Positions 1 through 13,600 of a DNA stretch of 64,000 nt are shown here, piece by piece. The stretch spans positions 1 to 64,000 of the forward strand of contig NIVC01000642.1 of the NCBI GenBank assembly GCA_002269645.1, in the 5' to 3' direction. This DNA is from Macrostomum lignano. Its lineage: Eukaryota. The position numbers and the translations under genes were made by a program. The first letter of the stretch is position 1, and each line of letters starts with the position of its first letter. Below the pieces are notes generated by a model. That model was not told the DNA's origin. It made no database searches and saw only the letters and a program-made list of their open reading frames with translations.

Positions 1-1550
1 CTATTGCAATATTTTAATTAGATGTCAGACAGAAGTCAGATGAGACAGTTTCAAAATTCTAACTAAATAATTTAATTAGGTTTGAAAAAAGATGTTTTAG
101 TCTTCCTCTTAGACATTTTATCATCAGATCATTTTTTAGACATCACTTCCTCTTTTCCTGGGACACAAAAAACCAAATGAGGTACCGACAGCCAGGGACC
201 TACCTAAAAGCACAGCCACTGGCACTGTAAATCAATGTTCTTCCTAAAGCTAAACTAAGCTAGGACTGCATTCAGCTTGCATCCTGTGCATTGTTTAAAA
301 TTAAAACGAATGAATACTGATTCCTGGATAGTTTAGGTTTAAAAAAATTTACTTTTGCGTATTTTTACTATTTTAACTGCAAATATACAAAAAAACATTA
401 TTGCTAAAATAAATAGAAACTACTAAATGTATTAAAGTGTTACAAAATACACTTTGATTTTGTTTTAAGAGATATTTTCTTAAGAACTTTAAATTGATAA
501 CACACACTGTCACAATGTCGAGTCGACGATCCAGCCAAATTATATTTATTAAATTCCTCCTCACTTTTTAGAATGGAAAAAAATAAAAAGAAACGAAAGC
601 CTTTCGGAGTTTTTCTACTCTGAATAATTTAGAGCTAAAAAAGCAAGATTATATTACTTTTTTAATTTCAACCCTGCTTTTTCACCACATTTGAATGAGA
701 TTTTTTATTTACATATTACAAAAAAGACTTAGGCCTAGGCCTAATGACTTATCGACTTTCTGGATTTTGTTTAAATTACCATCTTATATGTAAATAATTA
801 ATAGGCCAATAAAGTTTAAGTTTAAGTTGCAAAAAATAATAACTGCTTTGGACTTGGTATTGCTTATTGCTACAAATTGCAGCTTGCTAGAATGCTAGCT
901 AATATATGCCACAACCACATGCTGATCAATGCTTAAATATAAGCAAAAGAGAAGCAAATCATTTTCTATGAAATAAATTAGGATAAAGCACTAAGAAAAT
1001 AGGCTAATTAGAAGTAGGGGCCTTAGTAAGTAGGCCTAGGATAGGCTTAAGATTATTAGATAGGCCTTATTAGGCCTAGGCCTAATAGGCCTAAGCTCTA
1101 TTCAATTAGTATAAAAGTTGTAATAGTGTTTAATGTCTATTCTATCCTAAAAGCTAATACCAAGTTGTTACAAGGGCCTAGGACCTAGGGGTTATTTTTG
1201 TTATTTCAAATTATTAGGCCTAATACTTTTTGAACTAATCTTTGCAGTCTATTATTATTATGTATATGATAGGTCTTTTGCAATGTAGTACTTTTAATAT
1301 ACTTTTAATATTATATTAGCCCCCTATATATTAATGGCATATTATATAAAATTTATTGCATAATATGTATTATTTATATTAGCCTAAGTGGTTTTGTAGG
1401 GCCTAGTGTAATATTTTATTGTATCTTATGATTTTTTTAATAAAGATTTCTTTTAGTCTAGGCAATAGACATTAATGAAATTAGATCGTCATGGTTTACA
1501 CTTAGATTGATTTTGCTCTCTAAAGCAGGTTCTTGAATTCTTATTCTAGT

Positions 1551-1867
1551 CTGGGTTTTTTCTAAGGTTGGAAATCCAATTGCCAGCTAGCCCTTGGGGC
1601 TCAAAATCCAGTTGCCAATGTCTATTTTTGGTTCCCCATTGAGATTTAATTTGTTCTCTTAACTCTAAGATTGCTATCTATGTTGCAAATAATAACAAGC
1701 TATCAATTCTATCATATGATCATATTAATTCATATGGCACTTTTATTATATTACAAAATCATTTTTTTAAATTGGCAACTGGCATAGGGAAAATAAAGTT
1801 GCCAGATTGGCCTCTGATGCCAAAAATCCAGTTGCCAATGAGATTTTCAAGGGGCCAAAAAACCCAG
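1551..1867. mobile_element. hAT-type MITE (317 bp)
   Basis: Termini CTGGGTTTTTT / AAAAAACCCAG are perfect inverted repeats; identical 8-bp flanks ATTCTAGT at 1543-1550 and 1868-1875 (8-bp TSD is the hAT hallmark); subterminal GTTGCCA repeats; no ORF. Confidence 0.8.
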
Positions 1868-2113
1868 ATTCTAGTTGTTCATATCCTTTTATATATGTTT
1901 TGCCTTTAAGCTAGTTTCTTAGATTCTAAATCTTAGGGGTCTTATTCTAAATGGTTTGTTCTTCTAATCTTTAGAGTTTTTTTTCAATATTACTAAATTA
2001 TTAAAGCAAAAATATTGCTTAATCCTTTTAATTTAGAAGTTTAAAAGAAAAGAACAAGTTATAAAAACAAGTTTAAAATTATTTTATTTTTGCTGCTACT
2101 CACCCCTAGTTAT

Positions 2114-3801
2114 GGGTTATTCCATGATAGGGTCATCAAAGGCATAGAAATTTTTTTAAAAATTATTTGCAAATATGAATATTTTATTTTGCATTTAATT
2201 ATGTATAGTTTCATTTTTATGTAGTTTCATACACATTTATCTACCTCTAGGTATATATATTTTGTTTTGATCATGGTACCCTTGCAAGATTTTAAATGTC
2301 CCGCGGGACATTATAAAAAGTTTAATCTAGTTTTCAATAAGAAAAAAAGTTAATAAACATAATGCATCAAGTGCATAAATAATAAAAATCTTTCTTTCTT
2401 ATATCTAAAGACTGAAATTATAAAAATTTATGATCTAATATAGTTCTATCTATCATAATTTTTTATTTCAAAAAGTTTGACTTCCCTTTTTTAAGTGTTA
2501 AAAACAACCATAATTTTTTTTACAAAAAGTTGTTGTACCAATTTTCAAGAGGTTTATAAGTTGATAATTTTTTGCTAAAATATTTTCTGAGCCTATATTT
2601 AAGTTTATAGTCATTTTTGTTAGTTTATGATAAGTGTAACATGCTAAAAAAACCCTGCAAAGTTACCTAATGACCATCATTTTCTGGTATTCTGAAATTT
2701 GTTGATCTTCATAAAACCTGAATTACTATCATTTATTCCTAAATTTTATACAAAAAACTGAATTTACTGATATTCTAAAATCATGTCTTTTTTTTAATGT
2801 GAATTACTTATTAAATTTCTCTTTCAAAGTTTTTACAGTTTTGATTGTAAAGAAAATATAGTGGAATTCAAGTCTTTTATTAAAAATGTATACTGTCAAT
2901 TACTTGTTTGATACCTTAAAATCATTTTCAACCTGCACTATTAAAAAGGTTGTTCCAATTACTAACCATGCACCTAGAACTCTCCACTTTAGTTTGCAAT
3001 GCACCTTAACACATGCCCCAATCTTCAGCATAAGTAGTCTAACTAGACTCAAGTTTTTACTATCCATTGGTGCTACTGCTTATTGCCTAACAAATAATCT
3101 GTATTTGCCTTTGGTTTTATTAATTGTTATATTCTATTCTTTGAATTCTTGAATAGATTAGGACTGTCCATCTTTATGATCATATGTTGAGTTGTGCAAT
3201 CATGAAGTGATGTTTTTGTTGAAGGTGCATAAGTACATTTGATCTGAAATGTGAAACAGGTATAATAAATTTTATGGTTAGACAAGCAAGTTATAGTTTT
3301 TATATGAACAACTATGGATTATAAACAATCTTTTAACCAAGATTGTATCTAAAAATAGAGAATCCTAATACACTTTTTAAAACTGAAGGTCGTTTTTTTT
3401 TAAACAAACGACCGTCAGTCAACGACCGTCATTTAAGAAAAAATGTGCAACACAGTTAAAGTTATTTACTAAAATGTAATGATTGTTTGTAACCATTCAT
3501 CTAGCTATTGTTTACTACAATTAATGATCAATTGAGACAAAAACTTGCCTGATTCGCAGGAATCTTAAACTTAAGTTATAAAGTTGGATATATAAACTTT
3601 CACTAAAAACGACCGTTATCAAAAGTTTCTCTCTGCTAAATCAACACAGTAAGACAAATGACTTCAAAATGTATCTCATCTTAATCTAGAGGTCACGCCC
3701 ATAAATATAGAACTCACAAAGTCTCAATTTAGTTTGTCTTTTGTATGATTACTGATTAATATTTGCTCCAACCCAACGACCGTCATCTCGTGGAATTACC
3801 C
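2114..3801. mobile_element. Non-autonomous/decayed DNA transposon, Sola2-like (1.69 kb)
   Basis: Begins GGGTTATTCCA, ends TGGAATTACCC (11-bp TIR, 1 mismatch); TTAT on both sides (2110-2113, 3802-3805). GRG..CYC termini with a 4-bp TSD fit Sola2; no intact transposase. Confidence 0.6.
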
Positions 3802-3847
3802 TTATAATAAAATTTTCCTAGTTTGTCCTTGATAAACCTTGTCAGCT

Positions 3848-4290
3848 TTGAGCAATTCCCCATAAACATTGGAGCCTGAGAGAAATTCTTCATAGACATT
3901 GGAGCCTATGAGCAATTCCCTATAGACATTGGAGTCTAAGAGTAATTCCTTAAACATTGGAGCCTAAGAGCAATTCCCCATGGACATTGGAGCCTAAGAG
4001 CAATTCCCCATGAACATTGGAGCCTACAAGCAATTACTCATGAACATTGGAGCCTACAAGCAATTCCCCATGGACATTGGAGCCTGAGAGAAATTCCTCA
4101 GACATTGGAGCCTATGAGCAATTCCCCATGAACATTGGAGCCTACAAGCAATTCCTCATGGACATTGGAGCCTAAGAGCAATTCCCCATGAACATTGGAG
4201 CCTAAGAGAGAGCAATTCCCCATGAACATTGGAGCCTAAGAGAGAGCAATTCCCCATGGACATTGGAGCCCAAGAGCAATTCCCATGAAC
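3848..4290. repeat. ~30-bp minisatellite (GAGCAATTCCCCATGAACATTGGAGCCTAA)
   Basis: About 15 imperfect tandem copies upstream of eIF3c. Confidence 0.9.
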
Positions 4291-4620
4291 CTTGGCGACT
4301 GATTGCTTCAGTAGTCAATTTGCAACTTCCTCTTTTGTTTTCCTTCCCCTTTTTCCATTGCTTCAACTGTTTTTTTTTCTATCTCCTATTTTCCCTTCCT
4401 GCTTCTCTCCTTGCTTTGCTCCTTCATAATCATTTTTGCCTTTTCTTCTTTTGGGACAGGAATCAATTTTGGCCAGCGACCTCTTTAACTGGGGCGGGGG
4501 TCACAGAGATCAGATAGATAATCCTAGAGGGTGAAACACAAAAGCCTACATGAGATCACAGTATTTAGTATTGCTGTTTCTTTCAGCAGTTGCAGTGCTC
4601 ACTGATCTCTAAGCAAGACA

Positions 4621-7600
4621 ATGTCCAAGTTTTTCGCTATGGAAGACTCCACATCGGAGTCCGAGTCCGAAGATAGTCGCGACTCTGACTCCGATTTTGG
4701 CGGAGGTGCCCGGTTTGAAAAGGGCGGCCGCGGCCAGGGCAAAGCTGGCGGCTACAGGGCCGAGGACTCAGAGGAGTCGGGCTCTGAAGACGAGGAGAAG
4801 CGCGTAGTGAAGAGTCAGAAAGAGAAGAAGTTCGGCGAGCTCACTAGCATTGTGAAAAATCTTCGCAATCATAAGAAAATCAACGACGTGTCCAATGTGC
4901 TCACCGACTTCGAAGAGTTGGTTAAGAAATTTGAGAAATCCAAGAAGGTCATCGAAGCCGAGGGGTGCCGAATTTCTACATTAAATGCATTGCTGAACTC
5001 GAAGACTTCACCAACGAGGCCTGGGAAGGTCGGAAGAAAATGAGCAAAATGGCCGCCAAGAGTCTGACAACGCTCAGGCAGAAAATACGCAAATACAATC
5101 GCGACTTCGAGGAAAAGATTACTGCGTTCAGGTAAGACTGTCTCTGTCAGTCCGATCTCTGTGTCTGTCTGTGCCTGTCTTACCCTCTGTGTCTGTGCCT
5201 GTCTTACCCTCTGTGTCTGTGCCTGTCTTACCCTCTGTGTCTGCTGTCTGTGCCTGTCTTACCCTCTGTGTCTGTGCCTGTCTTACCCTCTGTGTCTGTG
5301 CCTGTCTTACCCTCTGTGTCTGTGCCTGTCTTACCCTCTGTGTCTGTGCCTGTCTTACCCTCTGTGTCTGTGCCTGTCTTACCCTCTGTGTCTGTGCCTG
5401 TCTTACCCTCTGTGTCTGTGCCTGTCTTACCCTCTGTGTCTGTGCCTGTCTTACCCTCTGTGCCTGTGCCTGTCTTACCCTCTGTCAGCTGTGTCTGTGC
5501 CTGTCTTACCCTCTGTCAGCTGTGTCTGTGCCTGTCTTACCCTCTGTCAGCTGTGTCTGTGCCTGTCTTACCCTCTGTGTCTGTGCCTGTCTTACCCTCT
5601 GTGTCTGCTGTCTGTGCCTGTCTTACCCTCTGTGTCTCTGCCTGTCTTACCCTCTGTGTCTGCTGTCTGTGCCTGTCTTACCCACTGTTTCTTACCTCTG
5701 TATCTTACCCTCTGTGTCTGTCTGTCCTACACTCCGTGTCTGCGTCTTGCTCTCTGGGACTTGTCTGTCTGTCTGTGACTCACCATCTTTGTCTGTATTT
5801 CTTGCTGTCTCCTATCTGTCTTGTCAACTGTCTCACGCCTGTCTGCCTTCCATTTCCCTGAGCACCCCCTGCATTTATTAGTGGCCAAATAAAATCTATG
5901 CCCGCATCCGCAGGGCCAACCCGGAGGAATTCGACGAAGAAGAGGAGCCGCCGGCGCCTCAGTCGGCCGGTGGCGGCGACGCTGGCGCCGATCGCGACCT
6001 GGAGGACGGCGCTGACGGAGGCGGATTCTTGGCCGCCAAGCAGGCCGGCGGGCGGCGCCGAGGCAGCCAGTCGGACGATTCGGACGAAGACTGGGGCGGC
6101 GATTCGGACGAAAGTTCGAGCTCGTCCAGCTCGGACGAGGACTACGGCGGCAATTTGGCGGCCAAATTTCTTAAGCGGCCGGGCAAAGAAGAGGAGAGAG
6201 CGGCCAAGAAGAAGGTGGGATTATTCGGTGCAAATTTGAATTTACATTGCAGTTTTGTTTTGTCAGAATCGTTTGCAATCTGATATTTATCGATTAATAG
6301 TGAAAAGGAATTATCTAGGGGGGGGGTTGTAGCCTAGTGGTTAGAGCGTTGGACTCGCGACTGAAAGGTCGGGGGTTCGATTCTCGATCCACTCGGAGCA
6401 ATTTGTGTCCTTGAGCAAGACATTTAACCCTGCATTGCTTCACTTCACCCAGCTGTAAAATGGGTGGTAATTGAGGGTGTGTGTGGTTATGATATTTAGG
6501 GTGTATGATGGAAAGTGCTTTCGGAGTTGTGATTTTTATGATGGTTTATGGTTTATGATGGTGGCCCCGACTGCCAAGCAAGATATCACGTGGTATCTAT
6601 TTTTAGCAACTGACGTCAATGCCTTGTCTTAAAAGTCAAGAGCATCGGAGCACTTGAAGTCCCCTAATCTCTTTAGTATATTTCCACATAGTAAAATTTC
6701 GGGTTATAATGTCGTAGTTTTCGTTAATTGCATTTGCATACTACTTGTGTTAATAAATAAGTAGTGTGATTCGTTGATAAAAAGTATGCAAAAATTTTAA
6801 CACCATCCGCCCGCAGGCCAAGCAGGACGAGAAGGACCGGCGGAAGCGAGACGAAGCTCATCGTCGGGAGGAGCGCCGGCGCGAGGAGGAGGGTGAGGAC
6901 AAGGACTGGGAGAAGGTGGACCGCGGCGGCCTGGCTAAAGCTCAGAAAGTGCGCCTATTCGAGAAGGGTCAGGAGATCAGCTTCGCCGCCGCCGTCAAGA
7001 AGCTGGAAGAGATTCGCAAAGGCCGAGGCAAGCGAGGCACCGACAAGACGGAGCAGATTGGCACCCTACAGGAGATGGAGAAGATTGTGCTAGAAAATGG
7101 CTTTGGGCCAGGACTGCAGATCAAGGTTGGTCTAAGTTTTATTGGTTGTTTGGACTGCGATAGGTGGCTTCCTATCTACGCTACTGGTTAAATCTGAAAT
7201 TCTTTCCCCATTGTCCAATTACTAACATTTCCCAAGCTTGAACTACTAATAGTAGCGTAAAAGCACATCTGCTTAAAAATCTGTCCTATCACACGACCAA
7301 TTATACTTCCCGTTCTCTATACTCCAATACGATGTTTTATAAATCGTATGAAATCACTTAAGCCTGATCATGAAAATCGCCCTTCAACCCTATCATGAGA
7401 ATCACCCTTTAACTCCATCATGATAATCGCCCTTCAACAACCCCACCATGAGAATCGCCCTTCAACAACCCCACCATGAGAATCGCCCTTCAACAACCCC
7501 ACCATGAGAATCGCCCTTCAACAACCCCACCATGAGAATCGCCCTTCACCCCACCATGAGAATCGCCTTTCAACCCCATCATGAGAATCGCCTTTCAACC

Positions 7601-10600
7601 CCACCATGAGAATCGCCCTTCAACAACCCCATCATGAGAATCACCTTTCAACCCCATCATGAGAATCGCCCTTCAACAACCCCATCATGAGAATCGCCTT
7701 TCAACCCCATCATGAGAATCGCCTTTCAACCCCACCATGAGAATCGCCCTTCAACAACCCCACCATGAAAATCGTCCTTCGACAACCCCACCATGAGAAT
7801 CGCCTTTCACCCCATCATGAGAATCGCCCTTCAACCCCATCATGAGAATCGCCCTTCAACAACCCCACCATGAGAATCGCCCTTCAACAACCCCATCATG
7901 AGAATCGCCCTTCAACAACCCCACCATGAGAATCGCCCTTCAACAACCCCATCATGAGAATCGCCCTTCAACAACCCCATCATGAGAATCGCCTTTCAAC
8001 CCCATCATGAGAATCGCCCTTCAACAACCCCATCATGAGAATCGCCTTTCAACCCCACCATGAAAATCGCCCTTCAACAACCCCATCATGAGAATCGCCT
8101 TTCAACCCCATCATGAGAATCGCCCTTCAACAACCCCATCATGAGAATCGCCTTTCAACCCCATCATGAGAATCGCCTTTCAACCCCACCATGAGAATCG
8201 CCCTTCAACAACCCCACCATGAGAATCGCCCTTCAACAAACCCATCATGAGAATCGCCTTTCAACCCCACCATGAGAATCGCCCTTCAACAACCACATCA
8301 TGAGAATCGCCCTTCAACCCCATCATGAGAATCGCCCTTCAACCTCATCATCATGAGAATCGCCCTTCACCTATCATGAGAATCGCCCTTCGACCCCCAT
8401 GAGAATCGCCCTTCAACCCCACCATGAGAATCGCCCTTCAACCTCATCATCATGAGAATCGCCCTTCACCCACCATGAGAATCGCCCTTCGACCCCACCA
8501 TTAGAATCGCCCTTCGACCCCACTATTAGAATCGCCCTTCGACCCCACTATGAGAATCGCCCCATTAATCGCCACTCCCCGTACCCCTCACCTGGCAGGT
8601 AATCTTCGACATCGTGTCGGCCATATTCGACTACAACCCCAGCATCGCGGTGTCGATGCGAGCGGAGCTGTGGCTGCAGCTGCTTGACAATCTCGACAGG
8701 CTGTTCGACCTGCTAGAGCGACACTCCAGCGACATTGTGATCGGCGCTTCCGTGCCCGACGATGGAGAAATGCTGGAGTCGGCGCCCTACATGATCGCCG
8801 AGTGCCCGCTCACCCAGCTGGAGCGCATGGACAGTGAGTACACCAAGATTCTGCAGAACTCGGACGCTCACAGTACGGTTTATGTTGAACGGCTTCAAGA
8901 CGAGCGCCGAGTGTGCAGCCTGATTGACAGGCTGGTGGCCTACATGGAGGCCAAGCGGGACAAACAGGCCTGCTCCGACATCGATTTGGGCCGGGCCTAC
9001 AGCCTGCGGATCCAGCATCTGTACTACAAATTCGATCAGGACTGGGCCAAGCGGGTTCTGCAGTCTGGCGGACTGGTGAGGGAGTCGCTGGGCTCTGGGG
9101 TTCATACTCATACAAATCATTTTTGAATCTAGTCTAACTAATTAAATCAGATATAACTTATTCAATTCTATCAATGCTCAATCTAATCTGTCCAAATAGA
9201 TCTGTGATCAATCTAATCTATCTAATTAGATCTATGATAGATCTTATCTATCCAATTAGATCTGGATATGATCAGTCTTATCTATCCAATTAGTTCTATG
9301 ATCAATCTAATCCATCCAAATACATTTATAATCAATCTAGTCTATTCAACTAGATCTGTAATCAATCTAATCTATTCAATTTGATCTTTGATCAATCTAA
9401 TCTATTCAACTTGATTTATGATCAATCTAATCCATCCAAATAGATCTATGATCAATCTAATCTATCTAATTAGATCCATGATCAATTTAGTCTATCCAAA
9501 TAGATCTATGATCAATCTAATTTATCCAAATAGATCTATTTTCATTCTAATCTATCTTATTTAATCAATGGGATGAAATTGATTGTCTCATGTATTCAAG
9601 TGGGTCTATCTATCTATTCTATTTTTCGTCAATTTCCAACGATAAGTGTATATATCTAATCAATCTCATTTGTTAATCCAAATGAGAACCGATAAAAATA
9701 TTTACAATCTCACTCAAATCGTTGACCCAAACCCATCAGCTAAACGCCGCAGACGTGACGGAGTCTCAATCGATGCGCGAGATGAACCGGATGTGCCAGC
9801 TGATCTACCAGGGCAACCAGCAGCGGGAGCGAACCCGGGCCATTCTCTACCACACCTACTTCCTGGCGCTGCACGACCAGTGGTTTCGAGCTCGCGACCT
9901 CATGCTGATGAGCAGTCTGCAGCAGCACATTGAGCACTCGGACATTGCCACGCAGATTCTCTACAATCGGGCCATGGTGCAGCTCGGCCTGTGCGCTTTT
10001 CGCAAAGGTCAATTGAAGGACGCGCACATGGCGCTCGTGGATATACAGAGCAGCGGCCGGGCCAAGGAGCTGCTGGCTCAGGGCGTCATTCCCGCCAGGT
10101 GAGTGAGGCTTCAAATCTCAAATGCTAAATCCATTAGATTCTCAATCCTTGAAAATGAGATCTCAAATCATCATGTTTGATTCTTAATCGCTGAGATCTC
10201 AAATCATCATGTTTGATTCTTAATCGCTGAGATCTCAAATCATCATGTTTGATTCTTAATCGCTGAGATCTCAAATCATCATGTTTGATTCTTAATCGCT
10301 GAGATCTCAAATCATCATGTTTGATTCTTAATCGCTGAGATCTCAAATCATCATGTTTGATTCTTAATCGCTGAGATCTCAAATCATCATGTTTGATTCT
10401 TAATCGCTGAGATCTCAAATCATCATTTTTGATTCTTAATCGCTGAGATCTCAAATCATCATTTTTGATTCTTAATCGCTGAGATCTCAACTCATCATTT
10501 TTGATTCTTAATCGCTGAGATCTCAAATCATCATTTTTGATTCTTAATCGCTGAGATCTCAAATCATCATTTTTGATTCTTAATCGCTGAGATCTCAAAT

Positions 10601-13600
10601 CATCATTTTTGATTCTTAATCGCTGAGATCTCAAATCATCATTTTTGATTCTTAATCGCTGAGATCTCAACTCATCATTTTTGATTCTTAATCGCTGAGA
10701 TCTCAAATCATCATTTTGATTCTTAATCGCTGAGATCTCAAATCATTTTTGATTCTTAATCGCTGAGATCTCAAATCATCATTTTTGATTCTTAATCGCT
10801 GAGATCTCAAATCATCACTTAGATTAGCAATCGTTGAGATCTCAAATCATCAAGATTCTCAATCGTTGAGATCTCAAATCATCAAGATTAGCAATCGCTG
10901 AGATCTCAAATCATCAAGATTAGCAATCGTTGAGATCTCAAATCATCAAGATTCTCAATCGTTGAGATCTCAAATCATCAAGATTCTCAATCGCTGAGAT
11001 CTCAAATCATCAAGATTAGCAATCGTTGAGATCTCAAATCATCACTTAGATTAGCAATCATTGAGATCTCAAATCATCAAGATTAGCAATCGTTGAGATC
11101 TCAAATCATCACTTAGATTAGCAATCGTTGAGATCTCAAATCATCAATTAGATTAGCAATCGTTGAGATCTCAAATCATCACTTAGATTAGCAATCGTTG
11201 AGATCTCAAATCATCACTTAGATTAGCAATCGTTGAGATCTCAAATCATCACTTAGATTAGCAATTGTTGAGATCTCAAATCATCACTTAGATTAGCAAT
11301 CGCTGAGATCTCAAATCCACAAATCAAAGAGTTGCAATCGCTATGCCTACACCCGTGACACCGCCAGATTTGAACGTACACCGGAGCAGGAGAAGCTGGA
11401 GAAACGGCGCCAGATGCCCTACCACATGCACATCAACCTGGAGCTGCTGGAGTGCGTCTACCTAGTCAGCGCCATGCTGCTGGAGATTCCTTCAATCGCG
11501 GCCCACGAAAACGATCAGCGGCGTCGGATGATCTCCAAGAATTTCCACCACGTGCTGAAGATCAACGAGAGGAACACGGTGAACGGGCCGCCCGAGTCAA
11601 TGCGCGAGCACGTTGTGGCCGCGGCCAAGGCAATGCGACAGGGCAAGTGGCAGGAAACCCGGGCCTACATTATCAACGACAAGATGAACGCTAAGGTATG
11701 CTAAACTGATTAAAAATGGCTTGCATTAGTTGCAATACTAAGGTTGCAATAGTTGCAATAATCCGGTTGCAATAGTTGCAATAATCTGGTTGCAATAGGT
11801 GCAATAATCAGGTTGCAATAGGTGCAATAATCTGGTTTCAATAGTTGCAATAATCCGGTTGCAATAGGTGCAATAATCTGGTTGCAATAATTGCAGTAAT
11901 CAGGTTGCAATAATCTGGTTGCAATAGTTGCAATAATCAGGTTGCAATAATCTGGTTGCAATAGTTGCAATAATCAGGTTGCAATAATCAGGTTGCAATA
12001 GTTGCAATAATCCGATTGCAATAGTTGCAATAATCTGGTTGCAATAGGTGCAATAATCAGGTTGCAATAGGTGCAATAATCTGGTTGCAATAGTTGCAAT
12101 AATCCGGTTGCAATAGGTGCAATAATCTGGTTTCAATAGTTGCAATAATCCGGTTGCAATAGGTGCAATAATCTGGTTGCAATAGTTGCAATAATCAGGT
12201 TGCAATAATCTGGTTGCAATAGTTGCAATAATCAGATTGCAATAGTTGCAATAATCAGGTTGCAATAGGTGCAATAATCTGGTTGCAATAGGTGCAATAA
12301 TCTGGTTTCAATAGTTGCAATAATCCGGTTGCAATAGGTGCAATAATCTGGTTGCAATAATTGCAGTAATCAGGTTGCAATAATCTGGTTGCAATAGTTG
12401 CAATAATCAGGTTGCAATAATCTGGTTGCAATAGTTGCAATAATCAGATTGCAATAGTTGCAATAATCAGGTTGCAATAGGTGCAATAATCTGGTTGCAA
12501 TAGTTGCGATAATCTGGTTGCAATAGTTGCGATAATCTGGTTGCAATAGTTGCAATAATCAGATTGCAATAGTTGCAATAATCAGGTTGCAATAGTTGCA
12601 ATAATCAGATTGCAATAGTTGCAATAATCAGGTTGCAATAGTTGCAATAATCAGATTGCAATAGTTGCAATAATCAGGTTGCAATAGTTGCAATAATCCG
12701 ATTGCAATAGTTGCAATAATCTGGTTGCAATAGGTGCAATAATCAGGTTGCAATAGGTGCAATAATCTGGTTGCAATAGTTGCAATAATCCGGTTGCAAT
12801 AGTTGCAATAATCTGGTTGCAATAGGTGCAATAATCAGGTTGCAATAGTTGCAATAATCAGATTGCAATAGTTGCAATAATCAGTTTGCAATAGTTGCAA
12901 TAATCAGATTGCAATAGTTGCAATAATCAGGTTGCAATAGTTGCAATAATCAGATTGCAATAGTTGCGATAATCTGGTTGCAATAGGTGCAATAATCATG
13001 TTGCAATAATCTGGTTGCAATAGTTGCAATAATCAGATTGCAATAGTTGCAATAATCCGGTTGTAATAATTGCAATAATCCGGTTGCAATACTTGCAATA
13101 ATCCGGTTGCAATAGGTGCAATAATCAGGTTGCAACAGTTGCAGAACCGGTAACCCCATTAGCTTACTGTTACCAGAGTGCAATAAACAGGCCATCTCAA
13201 CCAATCCCCACTGTTCCCAGGTGTGGAATCTGTTTTTTCAATCGGAAAACGTGAAGACCATGCTGGAGAGCAAAATCAAGGAGGAGGCCATGCGAACCTA
13301 TCTGTTCACGTTCTCTTCAATTTACGACACTTTGAGCATGAGCTGCCTAGCCGAGCAGTTCGAACTGGAGCTCAGCCAGGTGCACTCTGTAGTCAGCCGC
13401 ATGATTCTGCACGACGAGATCTCCGCTAGCTTGGACGAGCCAACCAGGTGCATTGTGATGCACAAGACTGAGCCAACCCGACTGCAGCAGCTGTCGCTGC
13501 AGCTCACTGAGCGGCTGTCAAGCCTGGTTGATATGAATGAGAAAATTGCCGAGGCTAAGAATATTAGCATTACATCGTCTGGTCCGCGTAAGTGCCGACG

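Noticed and set aside
6318-6395. tRNA gene
   Set aside because: Acceptor and T stems do not pair properly and the sequence continues into a CORE domain; it is a SINE head. The same applies to 48695.
8713-10114. Antisense ORFs over eIF3c, tektin, SLC5 and cyclin exons
   Set aside because: Typical shadows of GC-rich coding sequence; no independent motifs.
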